Shown here: positions 13,140 to 26,964 of the stretch, piece by piece | Layout of the letters: every line of letters starts with the position of its first letter | How positions within the stretch are numbered: the stretch's first letter is position 1 | From: Phoronis australis | Lineage: Eukaryota; Animalia; Phoronida | Assembly (NCBI GenBank): GCA_002633005.1 | Contig: NMRA01000484.1 | Span: forward strand, 62,001-126,000 | Length of the DNA stretch: 64,000 nt | Reading direction: 5' to 3' | Made by a program: the position numbers and the translations under genes | Notes under the pieces: generated by a model | Seen by the model: only the letters and a program-made list of their open reading frames with translations | The model's database searches: none | Told to the model about the DNA's origin: nothing

Positions 13140-14108
13140 ATATCAAATGACAATCAAATAATAATGGTACAATCCTGACCCATTCACACCGCATACACAC
13201 AAAACAAAACAAAAACAATACAAGCACATCCACGAGCAGATCATAGATTTCACAGAGTACAACATGTGAAATATGATGTAACATAGGATAGAAAAACTGA
13301 TCCTCATGGTAAGGCTTATTCTCCCAGTATTTTTCATAATGAGACTATAATAAAAACATTTAGAAGCATTGCCCACACGGTCACATACAAAAAACAAGTA
13401 GAACGAAATTTAAGGATAACTACATTTCGGTAAAGTGATTTGGCTCTGTAGTATGCGTTTGAGACTTGTCGGGACGCCCGCACAGAGCAAACAGATGACA
13501 CACATAAAATAGTAAGGTTGCCCGCACTCTGTGGCTACACGCAATACAAAGCACTCTCATAAATGGCCTCCCAGATAGATTGCCCAGCATGAAGCTACAT
13601 GTACATGACGCTTAGAGCAAAATAGAACAAAATAGACCACAACAATAAGACTACGCGACACGGTTGTCACGAACTTTGACATAGCCTGAGTAGCAGGTAT
13701 ATGTTAGCTGTGAATACGATACACCTGTACGTTGGGCACAACGGCTAACGTGAAGAAAAAAAATAGGCTAATCATATACACAGTAATGGCTACCGGAAGT
13801 ACGGGAAGTACGTTTGTACTGAAGTCTCTCAACAGGGTCCCAAGTACCTGACAATTATCGTACGCTACACTTGTAGTTTGGCAATTGCACATGGAGTACA
13901 GAAGCAGTTAAAGGTTAAATGGATAATACGAAGCATTGGAATTACCGTATAACTCAATCAACTTTACGGAAAAAGGAAATTAAGCCATCTTTCATGCAAA
14001 CTATAGTACAAAAGTGAGTAATCTTACCAAAAGCTGAATACAAGACGTTGGGAACTATTGCACTACTGTATTATGTTCTGGCTTGCGTGTTTAATGTTGA
14101 TCTGAGAA

Positions 14109-14926
14109 TTAGATGCCCTGTAAATCTTCCATGCTGCTCACCGGTTTAATTTCATAGCCCCAGTTCTTGTAATAAATTCTTCCATCATATGTCCAGCAAC
14201 TCTGAATCCGGGCGCCCAGGTCTCTACAAGCCTTGTACAACTGTGCTCGTTTTTTGGTCAGATTCTCGTTAACGTAGATCTTGCCAGCTTCAGTTTTCAA
14301 TTTCTTTTTATTTCTCATGAATTCGGCTCTTGCATTGTAATTCGTAAATTTCACTATAATTGACTTCGTCTTGGCATTACCTTGGATTTTTTTACCTAGG
14401 CGGTGACTGTGACATATGTCAGACTTCTCAACGGTAGCACCAATTCTTTTAGCTAGACCAATAACAATGTCGTCTGTGAACTCCTTGTCAGTTTCTTCTA
14501 TTCCACTGATTACAACGCAGTTTCGGCGGCTATACTGTTCAAGGTCATCCAAATCATATTCCAACCTGTGTATCTGAGAGCCACTTTCTTGCTTCAGCTT
14601 GTCGAGTTGATTTTCAAGTGTTGTTATTTTTTGTCCTTTTCAGCCATTTTTTGATCGTATTGAACCTCTAGTGCTTTATACATCTCAGACAAACCAGCAT
14701 CAATTAAGGGCTTTATCATGTTTGTAAACAGTTACTAGATATCTGAGTCCATGAGTGCCTCCTTTAGTTCATCTTTCACCGAGTCTTCTTGGTGACGTTT
14801 TGTCCCTTTCCTGTCAATATGGCTGCCTCATAGGTTTTTTGACGTCGAAGCTCGGAGTTCACTAGAGTTTCGGCTTGGTGTTCTTTTTCTGCCACTTGTC
14901 GGGGTCTGGTCGTTATTCCTAATCAT
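14109..14926 (-). pseudogene. LINE ORF1 (coiled coil + RRM + CTD)
   Basis: LEQYSRRNCVVISGI..SHRLG..SIIVKF..YVNENLTK..WTYDGRIY. Extends upstream through stops and a frameshift to an ATG at 14926 via a heptad-like segment. Confidence 0.85.
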
Positions 14927-15187
14927 GTGAGATGAATTACTGTCGGTTCTGTCTTCAAACTAAATTAATTTCGTTTTTGTTAGATGGGAGAGTCCGCACA
15001 AGTCAGAAAACCAACTTTCCCGCCATGAGGTCACGTGTCTCTCCATGATAGGAAGTGTCTGTGATGGTCGAGCTTCCAAAATAGACAACGAGTGGGCGTA
15101 CTTTATATTTTGACTTATGTTGCTCCAGAATCAGCTACTGTTTCTAGCAATGCGCTTGGGGGGCGGTAGTTTGAAGGTAAAAGAAGA

Positions 15188-15398
15188 TTGAAAATATCAC
15201 TCAATTACAAGCTACTTTAGTGCGCGAGGTGCATATAATACTGACTGGAGACTTTAACGCTAGGAGTGGCTCAACCACAGATTGTATATTAGATGATTTT
15301 TTGATATTCCTAGGGATTCACTTGATGGTAATGCTAACAATTTTGGGAGATGATTATTGCAGTTATATAAAACGTTTGATATTCACACAGTGAATGGA
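15188..15398 (+). pseudogene. APE endonuclease fragment of a CR1/L2-group LINE
   Basis: HIILTGDFNARSG...RDSLDGNANNFGR*LLQLYKTFDIHTVNG. Confidence 0.75.
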
Positions 15399-15449
15399 TG
15401 ATATGAGAATGAATGACACCAAAACTAGCGATCATAAAATTTTAAATCT

Positions 15450-16420
15450 TATTGACGGATTATTGTAATCATAACTCGTATTCACACACTCAGTCTAAAC
15501 GCCCATTCTAACTTTTAGTGTTGCGCCACAGAGAAAATAAAGTTATATTGAAATTGAAAAATTGATAGTTGACATGTGTTAATTTTTGCTTTCAAAAACA
15601 AAAGAAAATATTTATTTACTAAAAAAATATTGGAATAATCGGAGTTGTTTATAACAAATTAACCCACCACAGATATAGTGTTGGTACAAAACCTTTAGAC
15701 AACTTCAGAAGATGGTTCATCTACAAAATAAATAAGATAAATAAAAAACAAAAACACGGCTATTTAAAAAGGGTTTTGAATATTCTGTATAGACGTTTGG
15801 TCAACAACAACGAAAGGCTGGATATTACGTACGCGAAACGAAATTTAAAAATCTAGCTAAGAGAAGGGTTAAGCAAATGATAACTCACCACTAACTCGCA
15901 CGAGGACGGAGCATGGGATTTATCGCGAATTTGTTTGGTAAAGACACTAAAACTAACGACCGCTGTTTTTCAGAGTTGGTCGACAGATTAATGTAATCGC
16001 AACTCGTATACATATATTTATATTTAAAGTCTAAACGCGCATTTTAACTTATCGTACGGAGATTTTTAGATTGAAATTGATAAATTGGTAGCTGATGTCT
16101 GTTAAAATGTTTGCTTACGGAAAAAGAGAATAAGAATTTTGAAATAATCGGAATTGTTTACGATAAACTCACCACATAGGTAGTTTGGGTGACAAACCTT
16201 TATGCAACTTCAGAAGATGTTTAACATACAAAAAGACAAAAATAATAAAAAACAAAAATGTTTTGAATATTGAATAAAGACGATCTACAAAATGAAATAA
16301 AAATATAGAGTACAGACGGTTGGTCAAAAAAAACGAAAGGCTGGATACTACGTACGCGAAACGAAACTTAAAAGTCTGGCTAAGAAAGGGGTTAAGCAAA
16401 TGATAACTCACCGCTAATTT
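15450..16420 (+). repeat. Diverged tandem duplication (~525-bp period) of a decayed coding-like unit
   Basis: 15450-15897 vs 15980-16420 share blocks such as ACGAAAGGCTGGATAYTACGTACGCGAAACGAAA and GGGTTAAGCAAATGATAACTCACC. Confidence 0.8.
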
Positions 16421-16637
16421 GCAAACTCTGATCTATGAATAGTTTGTATAATCGTCCATCTCTATTCCGTTTACTATATCGCCGGCGTTCTAGGTCTTTA
16501 TGTACACATTACCTAGCACCTAATAATATATAGACGATAATTTATTTGCGACGCGTATATGCCCAGTGTTTGGAGTAGGGTTTGTGTCAGACTAGGTTTT
16601 ACGTGATGATTATGTAAGATTTGCCAAAGCTCAGACG

Positions 16638-18150
16638 GTAATACCTGTAATAATACCTGTAATACCTGTCACGGACAGGATCATTGGGGATATGCTGGTG
16701 CATTAATCCCCTCCCCAGACCATCCCCGTGACAGCAGAAGGCGCAGAACTCCAGGGCTGGCGTTGCCTGTAAGCATTTGATTAGACAGCACTCGGGCGCG
16801 GCCCTTCTAGTGACTCTTCGCAGCATGGCCATAAATAATACCGGCTTCGAGCAGGCGGCTGCCATCATTGAACTCAGCCAGCTGGGATGCAGTCTGCTCG
16901 AGGTTGCGTTTGCGAGCCAGCAGCTTAACGTCAGCCGAATATAAGTAGAAGGGTTGGTTGGTGGTGCATAAGCCAGCGAGGTAATCTGCACGCTCATTAA
17001 TCAAGACACCGGCGTGGCCAGGTACGAAAGACCAGATCACAACATGATGAGGCTGGCGTGATCGGAAGACACCCCAGTTGGCTGGGAGGTTTCCAGATTG
17101 AACTTTCATCAACATTGCCATGGAATCGGTGGCAAAGATAATGGTGTGATTCTCCACGTCTAGAAGTGACAGCTCGGTTAGGGCACGTTGTATAGCCTCA
17201 AACTCCATCCGCGTACTGCTTGTGTATATATGGTGGCAGCCACTACCTTCCGCAATGATGTTGTTAGCATAGCGTATTTGATAGCCCCATCCCGCACGAT
17301 TAGTTTCACCATCGAAGGATCCATCAGTTGCTACAATGATGGCATTAAAACCGCCAAGATCACGCCATTGCTGATGGCACAATGCTTGGGCTACTCCAGG
17401 AGGCCATTCCCGAGCTTCCCTGTTGAAAGCAATGATGACATTCAGTTCCTCACCAAGTTCTTGTACTGGCAGCCAAGCAGCACTTTGCGCGATCATGTGT
17501 TCGCCGATGAGACCCATGGTTGCGTTGACAGCAGCAACAGTCCACGAGCACCTGCTAAGTCTTTGGTGGGAGGCATTGCGAAAAGGTCTAGGACGAAGTC
17601 CATAAGTTTCTGTTGCAGGGACGGAGTTCACGCACCTGTCAAGTGCAGTCTTCACATGACTGTTTAATGGATGGAAGGGGCTTAGAACAGCCTTGGCTAC
17701 AGTAATACCTTGTAGAAGGGATTGTCTGTCTGCAATGCTGGGAATACCGACAAGGTAACGTAATGCTGTGACTGACGTAGATCTCGTACATCCAGTGATG
17801 ACGCGAAGACCAATGTTCTGGAGCCTCTCAAGTCTGTTGATTTGATTTTTACTGATGTTGATCATGGGGAGAGCGTAGTCGAAGACCGAAGTGACCAGGG
17901 CTTTATAGAGCATGACGAGGTGCCTTTCCTCCGCCTTCCGACCAGCCGCAGCCCTAAGGGCATTGATTCCTCTGTTAGCACGGCTGATCATACTGTTAAC
18001 TTGAGTTGTGAAGTTGAGCCTGCGGTCAAGTTCTACACCCAACTGACGCATGTGGTCAGATGTAGCAATCAATTTCCCATCGTAGGTAGGGCAAGGGAAA
18101 TCATCAACACTCAGGCGATTTTCCAGAGTACAGAAGAGAGCTTCACACGG
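16638..18150 (-). mobile_element. 5'-truncated Ingi/I-group LINE: RT thumb + RNase H
   Basis: LGVELDRRLNF..LYKALVTSVFDYA..LERLQNIGLRVITG (RT end); ATDGS..SSTRMEFEAI..ATDS..VPGHAGVLINERADYLA (RNase H, D-E-D-D present). Frame continues past the stop at 16807 (KGRARVLSNQMLTGNAS..) to TGA at 16681; (ACAGGTATT)n tail at 16638-16669. Confidence 0.9.
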
Positions 18151-19270
18151 TGCTTTTTGTATATTCGAAAACGTGACGTCACACTTCGCATTCATCCGTC
18201 TTTTATTCACTTTTGTACGCCGTTAGTAATTCTTGGTTAAACACAAAAAGTTTCTTTTCCCTCTTAGTTGACCACACTATTTCCAACACTATGTATACCT
18301 ACCTGCAAGCAAGGGGCGCGTTCACCTACTTTTATCCCAAAAGACGAGTGTTCGACGACGGCGTCACCACTGGACCTTTGAACATTTAATTCGGACATTT
18401 GATAATTTGCTATAGACTCCTTTTCTGAACGTCTTGATGATTTTATATTCGAATGATGATTTTGCAGTGTTGGTTTGTCATTAATACACGTTTAAACGCT
18501 ATCGCTTTTATGTTCTGTGTTAGCTGGTCGCCTCTTATTATTAGTATTAAGAGCACGATTCGCTTAGTACCGTCGGGTCCTGGTTTAGACTTTACGCGAC
18601 ATCTGTTGTTGAGTTGGGTGGTTATCCCCTTTTGTATACGCCTTTGTTTTTGATCTATGAGACAGAACACACAATATACAACGACGACACTCGGCGCACA
18701 CGAACTAAGTTTTGTTCTTATTCAGCATCCCTCTTGTTTCGATTCTCGATCCGTTGCTAGGAGCCGCAAAACGGGCATCTAGCTGCCTCTCTAACGGGTC
18801 CAATTAAACCTATTACGTCATGAGGTGTAAGGTCATGGACAAATCCGTCCGGTAGGCGGATGGTGTCCCTTCCGATTGCAGTTATTCCACGTGATCTTTG
18901 ACCTTTTCCTTTCACATAGGTGACCTTTGACAGAGACCCTCCCAAACAGGCGTCCAAAACCTCTTACTATACTACTGACTGGGTTAAATTTTTTACGCTC
19001 TACATGAAAACACTCACTACCTGGAAACTTCCCTTAAGGATTACATGTACTGAGTTACTCTGAAGATTTTATTTTCACAGTTTTATTCCTAGGAGTGAAC
19101 ACAGAACGCGCAGCAATGTGTTCTTACTCCGAAGGGCTCGGAAGGCTCTAGCCTTGGTGCGAAGCTGTTTACTAAATTAAATATACAAATTTGTTCCGAT
19201 TTGGGTAAAACTGACCAAATAAAATCTTCTTTGAGTAATCCAAATTAATTACCGGCGTTGCAACAATTGA

Positions 19271-20030
19271 GGTGTGATCTTTTGCCTCGGCTTTCGGCGC
19301 AATGAAATATTGCATCACCTATGAGCAAGTTTCTTTTTCCAAGATTCTTCAATCAAATGCTCTCACACGAGGTTGCGTAAACGTCACAACAAATGATCGT
19401 AATGTGTTTCACTTCATTATACGTTTTTTAAAAGTTTGATAACAATAAAACAATTTTTAGAACAAATTTTGCCGCCGGCGATGTTGTCATCATGTCGTTG
19501 GAGATGTCGAAAAAGTCTAGAAATGGCGCATGTCACGAATGTACTACTTTCAAAACGACGACATACCTTTCTTTGTTAAAAAGGCAGAGAATTACGCAAG
19601 AAATGACGTTGGATATTTTTCGCTTAAATGGCTGTAACGGGCAAGGTGAGTGTCAGTTGACTCCCAGATTTTGCAAGCACACCCGCCGGTCTTTACCTGA
19701 TATTGATACAATTTTCACGACGAGGTGACAAGCGTAACTATCCGGGCTGTGTACAATTTCGAGGTTTGTCGGAGCTCAATACACAGTAGCACCTTGCTGT
19801 ATTTTGACGATAGTCTTCATACATCTAGCTGGCTTGATAAGAAGGATCTAACTTCGAAATGATTTCTTACGCTGGATGTGACAATAAATTCAGAATGATG
19901 ATGGACAATGGCTGACACAGTAGCCGATCACTTTCTTCCGTTTTCATGCGCCCAAGATCTTAATATCTCCGCTAAAATAAACTTTTGTTGTATCGCGTTA
20001 CCAACATATTACGAAATTGTAAAAAAATAA
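19271..20030 (+). mobile_element. Left part of a TTAA-ended (Kolobok-like) non-autonomous element
   Basis: Colinear inverted homology to 56450-57229; terminus TTGA|GGTGTGATCTTTTG vs TTAA|GGGGTGATCTTTTG. Confidence 0.75.
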
Positions 20031-23000
20031 AATGAAAGCGCTCCGAGGAGCGACACTTGGCGAAATTAACCAAAAAATCACGTTAGAGATGACCAGAAAA
20101 GACGACGACAGAGATGATGACGAATATTACAGCTATGAGGACGATGGTGACGATGATGGACAGTACAAGTTATGATATCATTCATATGACGAACGTAGAT
20201 GTCAGAAATCACTAAGAGATAGGCTACAATCTTGAGCGACACTTGTCGAAATTAACTGAAGAAAAGACGACGTCGGAGATAATGACGAAGATGACAAATA
20301 TGATGATGGTGGAGGAGGAGATGAACAACATCACAACATTCATATGACGAACTAAGATGTCATAATTCAATGAGAAATAGGCTGTAGTCTAGTTCAATAG
20401 AAGCTAACCCAACATCAATGCAGCAAGTGCGCTCAACAAAGGAACAGCGTTATCAGAAAATCTCAAATAACTAAACAAGTAGACGCTTTAGCAAAAAATG
20501 GAAAACATTTTCTGAAAGCCCGTTCAAATCTCTATCCAAATTGATAGTATCACACAATTCCGTAATTTTTTTCGGAAAAAATGAAATCTTGCGTTTTTTA
20601 AGAAATTTAAAGTGAAATATCTCGAAAACGGTAAGTCTGAGAAAAACATTGTTACAGTTCATTTGAAAGAGTATACCTTAAAAAATCCACATGCAAAAAT
20701 TCACGTCATTTTCTCCTCCCTTTTAAGTGGCACTTCAGCACGACTGAAAATAGGTCAACATGCGCCAGATCCGCCATCTTGAAAGCAAATTCCGACTTTG
20801 TAAAATAGCAAGTTATAAAAATTATAACTGCAAAAAATCAAAGAAATTGGTCTTATATTGCGCCCTCTACAGGAGAAAACGTTTTTTCCTGAAATCGAGG
20901 TGCGCATGCACGAATGCCAATATTTCCGCCATCTTTAAACGGAAGTAAACAATTTCCAGTACACATGTAGTGCACATGCAGTCCTTTGTGTTGAGTTTCA
21001 AACGTGTAAATAAAAATGTAGCCTCCAGAAGCCTTTGAATCTTAAAATGAAAACAAAATGGCCGCCACAGCCGCCATTTTGGATCCGATTATGACGAAAA
21101 ACAATAGGCTTCCAATACTTCCGAACGTAGAGACCAGACATCAGTAAGCATAGGCTACAGTCTTGAGCCACACTTGGCGAAATTAACTGAAAAGACGACG
21201 ACGGAGATGATGTCGAAGATGACGAATATGATGACGATGGTGATGTTGCTGCAGAACATCATGCCATTCATATGACGCACTTAGATGTCATAAATCAGCA
21301 CGAAATAGGCTACATTCTTGTTCAATAGAACCTAAACCAACATCAATACAGTAAGAGCGCTCAACAAAGGAACAGCGTTTGCAGAAAATCTCAACTCGAA
21401 AAGTAGACGTCCTAGCGAAAAATGAAAAACATCTTCTCAAAGCCCGTTCAAAAGACTACCTAAATTGATGGTATCACGAAATTTCGTAAATTTTTCGAAA
21501 ATATTGAAATTTTGCTGTTTTTTTTGAAATTCAGAGTCAAATAACTCGAAAACGGTAAGTCTGATAAAAAATGTTGCAGTTCATATGAACTAGTATACCT
21601 CAGACAATCCACATACAAAAATTCAAGTCATTTCCTCTTCCAGTTTAAAATGACGCCCCAGCTCGATTGAAAATGGGTTAAAATGCGCCATATCCGCCAT
21701 TTTGAAAACCACTTCCGGTTGAGCGGTACTCGATCATAGCTATATATTTAAAACTAATACACGAAGAATTTCGAAGTAATCAGATTGATATTGCGCCCTC
21801 TAGAGGAAAAAACATTTTTTACTCGAAATCGAAGCGTGCATGCGCCGAGGCCGATATTTCCGCCATCTTTGACCTGAAGTAATTTTTTCCAGCACATCTG
21901 TACGACTTGCCTTGTGTAACAACCGTGCCGATTTTCATTGTGTACGCGAAAAATTGCGGTCTCCATGACACTTTTGACCTGAAAATGTACACAAAATGGC
22001 CGCCATGTCGGCCACCTTGAATCTGATTATGACAATAAACGATAGGCTTCCTAGACTTTTGGGTCCACAAATTATGTGCAAATTTCATTAGAATCGGATG
22101 AAAAATGCGACTTGTATCGTGCGAACAAAAAAAACGAGAGCGCTCGGAGGAGCGACACTTGGCAAAATTACACGAAAACAGGACGATGAGGAGGAGGACG
22201 ACGACGATCATGACGATTAGCGAGAAAGGAAAAATATCTGATGAAAGCCCGTTTAAAACTTTATCGAACTCTACAGATTTCTGATCGGTTAATATACATG
22301 GCAAGAAAAAAGAGCATTTAATCAAAATAAAAGAACAATAGATGGCGCAACATAACGTACACAGCTTAACAATACATCAGAGCAGCAAGAACAATCTAAC
22401 GAACAGTGCTAGGTGGGTCATTCGGGGTCAACAAACCAGTCTGAACTCGGACGATGCTAGCTGGGTCATTTGGGGTCAACTTGTACAGGCATAACCAAAA
22501 CAAAAGAGAGCCGGCCAGCTGTGTGTGCTTGCATTGGCAATGCAACGGAGACCAAACGAACAGAAAATCTCGAAAAATTCAAAAAGTAGACGTCGTAGCG
22601 AAAAATAGAAAATATCTTCTGAAAGCCCATGCACAACTCTATCTTACTTGAACGTTTTGCAACATTTCATAACTTTTTGGAAAAAATTGAAATTTTGCCG
22701 TTTTTTTGAATTTCAAAGTCAAAAAGCTCGAAAACTGTAAGTCTGAGAACTACGCTCCCGCGATCTTTTTGAAAGAACATACTTCAAGGAATCCACATCC
22801 AAAAATTAACGTCATTTGCTCTTCCCGTTAAAAACGCGATCGCAGAACGATGGAAAACGTGTGAACATGCGCCACAGCCGCCATCTTGAAAGTGACTTCC
22901 CGTTCAACAAAATTTCATAAAACTCATTAACCTCAACACACACTTGACGACTTTGAAAATGATCTGTTCGCAAATATGGCCTCGACAGAAGAAAGCGTTT

Positions 23001-26000
23001 TTAGCCATATTTCGCGGTGTGCATGCACCACTTCCAATATTTCCGCCATCTTTGACCAGAAGTCAACGGTTTTCAACACAGTTGTAGCACATGTGTTCTG
23101 TATAAATCGTACTACGTTTCAGCCCTGTACCTTGAAAAATGCGGCCTCTATGAGCATTTGACTGTGAAATCAGAAACAAAATGGACGCCACGTCCGCCAT
23201 CTTATTTCCGATCATGACCAAAAGCATCAGCGTTCCAGTACTTCCTAATCTACATGTTGTGTACAAATTTCGTGAAAATCGGACGAAAATTGCGACCTGT
23301 AGAGAGCGAACAAAAAAAAAAAAAACTTGCTGTCAGACCAACATACTTGGCGGAAGACTTCCGCCAAGTAATAACACGATAACATTCAAGTGACTAGCGA
23401 AGAAATCAAATAGAGAGCATAAAATCAACTACAAGAAAGAACAATAGATGCCGCAACATTGCAAAATAGGTGGCGCTATATGACAGTTTGCAGAGCAAAG
23501 TTATGTTTCCAATAAGTGTTTGGCCTGGAATTCTAGAATCTACACTAGGACAGTGCTGGCTGGGTCAGTCGGAGTCAACTAGGCATAACCAAAACAAAGT
23601 GAATTGAAAGCCAACCAGCTGCGTGCTTAAATGGGTGACCGAAGGAACAGCGGTATCAGAAAATCTCGTATGATTCAAAAAGTAGATGTTGTAGCGCGAA
23701 ATGGAAAATATTTTTTGGAAGCCCGTGCAAAACTCTGTTTAAAGTGATATTTTGGCAAAAATCAAAAAAAAAAATCGAAAAAATTGAAAATTTGCCAGTT
23801 TTTTTTTAGAAATTCAGAGTCAAATAACTCGAAAACCGTAAGTCTGAGAAATACGCTCTCGCAGACTTGTTGAAAGGCCATACTTAAAAGAATCCATATT
23901 AAAAAATTCACGTCATTTGCTCTTCCCGTTAAAAACGCGACAGCAGAACGATTGAAACCATGTGAACATGCGCCACAGCCGCCATCTTTTAAGTGACTTC
24001 CGGTGCAATTAACTTTTATAAAAGCTTATTAAACTCAACAAACACGTGACAAGTTTGAACGTGATTGGTTCGCAAATTCGTCCTTTACAGGAGAAAACGT
24101 TTTTGGGCATATTTCGGGGTGCGCATGCGCCACTTCCCATATTTCCTCAATCTTTTACCGGAAGTCAACTATTTTCTGCACACTTGTTGCACATGCGTTT
24201 GTGTAAAAACAACAGTTTTGGTGACTTTTTTGTAAAACAAGTAATATGGTCCCATCAGTGCCATTGTATTGGACAATATTACACTCACATTACATGTTTT
24301 GCTATTGTAGATTAATTGTAACCGTGAAATTTAAAAAATGTAAAGAGACACCTAGTGGCAAAAATGCAAACTAAGTCAGAATGTTACTAGGGAATTATCC
24401 TGGCATTGTCTGGCAACAAAAATAACACAAAACACTTGAGACTGGGCACAATGTGTGCCTCAATGACTAAAACATTGACTAATGGTGTAAAATACAGCTT
24501 GTTTGCATAATGCACCAGAAATACGCTATAGTACAAAAACACATAGTTGAATGATCTCTGTGAATGTGCACTTGCAGCGTTCATCATTTAGTACTGTCAA
24601 TGGAGATGCGGTAATTGCGGCTGCCATACTGTACATTTTAACTGCAAAGCTCCACCGCCGAGGAGCCAACTATGGTCGATTAGAGAGGGTACAGCACTGC
24701 ACACTGGTGATTGGCCCGCAGGCAATGAAGGGTCAAACACTAAGTCCTCGTTTGAAGGCGGGCAGGATTTGGGCAAATTTTTGATTCAAAATATATTATA
24801 ATGGGCTGTGTTAATTAGAGTCAGCAAGTGAATTATTGAACACTAGCCTCAATTCACTTTAGTATCTCTTATTGTGGCACAAACTACAACAGTGAGTAGC
24901 TTCAACAATATGCCTGTCCAAATAACTCCATGCACACCAGCTTTCTGAAGAACAGCTTCAAAGTCTTGCTTTAGTTTTGAAAGGCAAATGACATCTGATT
25001 ATGTTAGAAGCTTTGATTCAATGAACTCCAAACAAAACTGTAGAAATACATCTCTGATAACTGTGGATTCGTCACTCTTCACAACCGTTGTCTTTCTATT
25101 TTTTATAGCATGATGATCTGTGATACTTGGCTTCTAAGACACAAGGTCTTTTTTGAATTTCATTTGCATATTCAGGGCTATGGACTGAGCTGTAGCTTGC
25201 GATACAAGTCCAACTGAAGAAAAACCCGAACTGTTAACACTAATTTAACATTCAACTATGAGTGAGTTGGCATGCAACTTTTTCAGACGGACTTATCAGG
25301 AACTGATCCACCACCAGCCTAACAAATTTACATGCCGTCTGATCTGTAGCCTAAAATGTTATCTCGTCTAATAATTAGATTAGTTGATGCAACTGAGAAT
25401 AAATCAGCTGATATACCATTGCAGTGATTGAAATTTATTTTTTTTAAATCAGATGCTCAAACCATAGTCAATCGATTTACATTTAAGGTAATCAACGTTT
25501 GACGAAATGGACAGTGGCTTCCATAGTCCTCAAATTTCGACGGCGTCGATGGCCACTTCGGCACTTTAATTTAATTATCATTGCAGCTTCCTAAGTAATT
25601 AATGTTTACAAAAAATTGAGAAGAGGTTCCCCCTAACCCAGGACTACGGCAGGGGATGACGGCCACTTGGGCATGTTGTTTGCAACCATCTACTCCATTT
25701 AACCTCCTCAAAAAACTTTTGACTTAAAGTGCTTTAAAATCACATCCACAGTATAACGTCATAGGATTATCCCTTAGCGCAAGCAGTGTCGATGTGGCAA
25801 CTGAACAATGGAGTGTTCGAAAAACAGGATTGCAGGAGTATTTGTTTAAACTGGGAACAAATGGAAATATTAACAACCTCTTCAGAGGCATCTCTCTACG
25901 AGGTACTTCTAAACTGATAGGAACATAATTTGCCGAAAAACATCCGGCATATGGAGTACCTATGGTATGATCATCGTCTCTACTGGGTCAGCGGTATTGT

Positions 26001-26964
26001 CTAAGGCCTAGGCAGCCAAGGGGCTGATCAAGTTAAAAAAACAACTGGTGATAATACTGAAAAACCCATGGAAAACACCAAGATGTACTTTTGAAAAACA
26101 CGTACCTGTTTTTGAAAGCTATTACTTCTTTCTCTTTCTTGAAATGTGGTCCATAACATACTTTTCCTGATAACAAATGATGCACTTATGTGTCAGAATG
26201 TTCCTATCTTGTCCAGGTTAAATGCATGTTTCATATTTTGGAAGTATAATTGATTTTCTTGGGAAATCTTGGATAACATCTGTATCACTTTCAGCAACTT
26301 CAGATTTATTACTACTGTTGGTGCCTTGAAACGTTGCTATGCCGTTCTATGTCCTTTCAATTTTTTGGTCTGACACATGGTCTTCTAGTATACAGCACTC
26401 AGCAGTATACTGTGTAGGCTACACCAGGACATGCAGCTGTTTTCTGCACAAACGTTTGTGACACATCTTCTTTTTGATCTACTGATCTACAGAGTTCCAC
26501 AGTCCATCAGCTTTAGTCAAGAAGCTTTCCTAAGCTTATTTAGGCTCTGACATCACAATTTTGTGCTGTGTAATAAACCTTGAATTATTCAGTCACCACA
26601 CTCCATGGGAGCAGCCATATCGAAGTAATTAAGCACAACAATACAATCTGGCTCTCTGATTGGTCAATTCAAAAGAAAAGCGCCACCAAGTGGCAGGAAT
26701 GTGCATCATATTTTGTGCAACAAAAGCACCTTTTTTTAAAGAAGTGCAAGTGTAGACGTGGGAACATTTTAGTATTTGATTTATAGGTATATTATCTAGA
26801 CACATCGAAAAAACTAGGTTGCCCACCCAAAGTAATCACAAGGATGAACGGTATGAGATCTGGCCCACCGACTATTACAGGGGAAAACGTTTTTGGCCAT
26901 ATTTCGTAGTGCGCATGCGCCACGTCCAATAATTCCGCCAATGATTTTCTGCACAGTTGTAGCA

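Larger units (their letters stand above)
6884..15043 (-). mobile_element. Near full-length L1/Tx1-clade LINE, inactivated and interrupted by a DNA transposon
   Basis: Colinear ORF1, ~1-kb spacer, APE, RT and C-terminal CCHC-like region, then a GT-rich 3' UTR and short A tract near 6884. Ends are approximate; no TSD found. Confidence 0.9.

Noticed and set aside
17188-18240. + strand ORFs of 132-159 aa
   Set aside because: Antisense shadows of the Ingi-like ORF.
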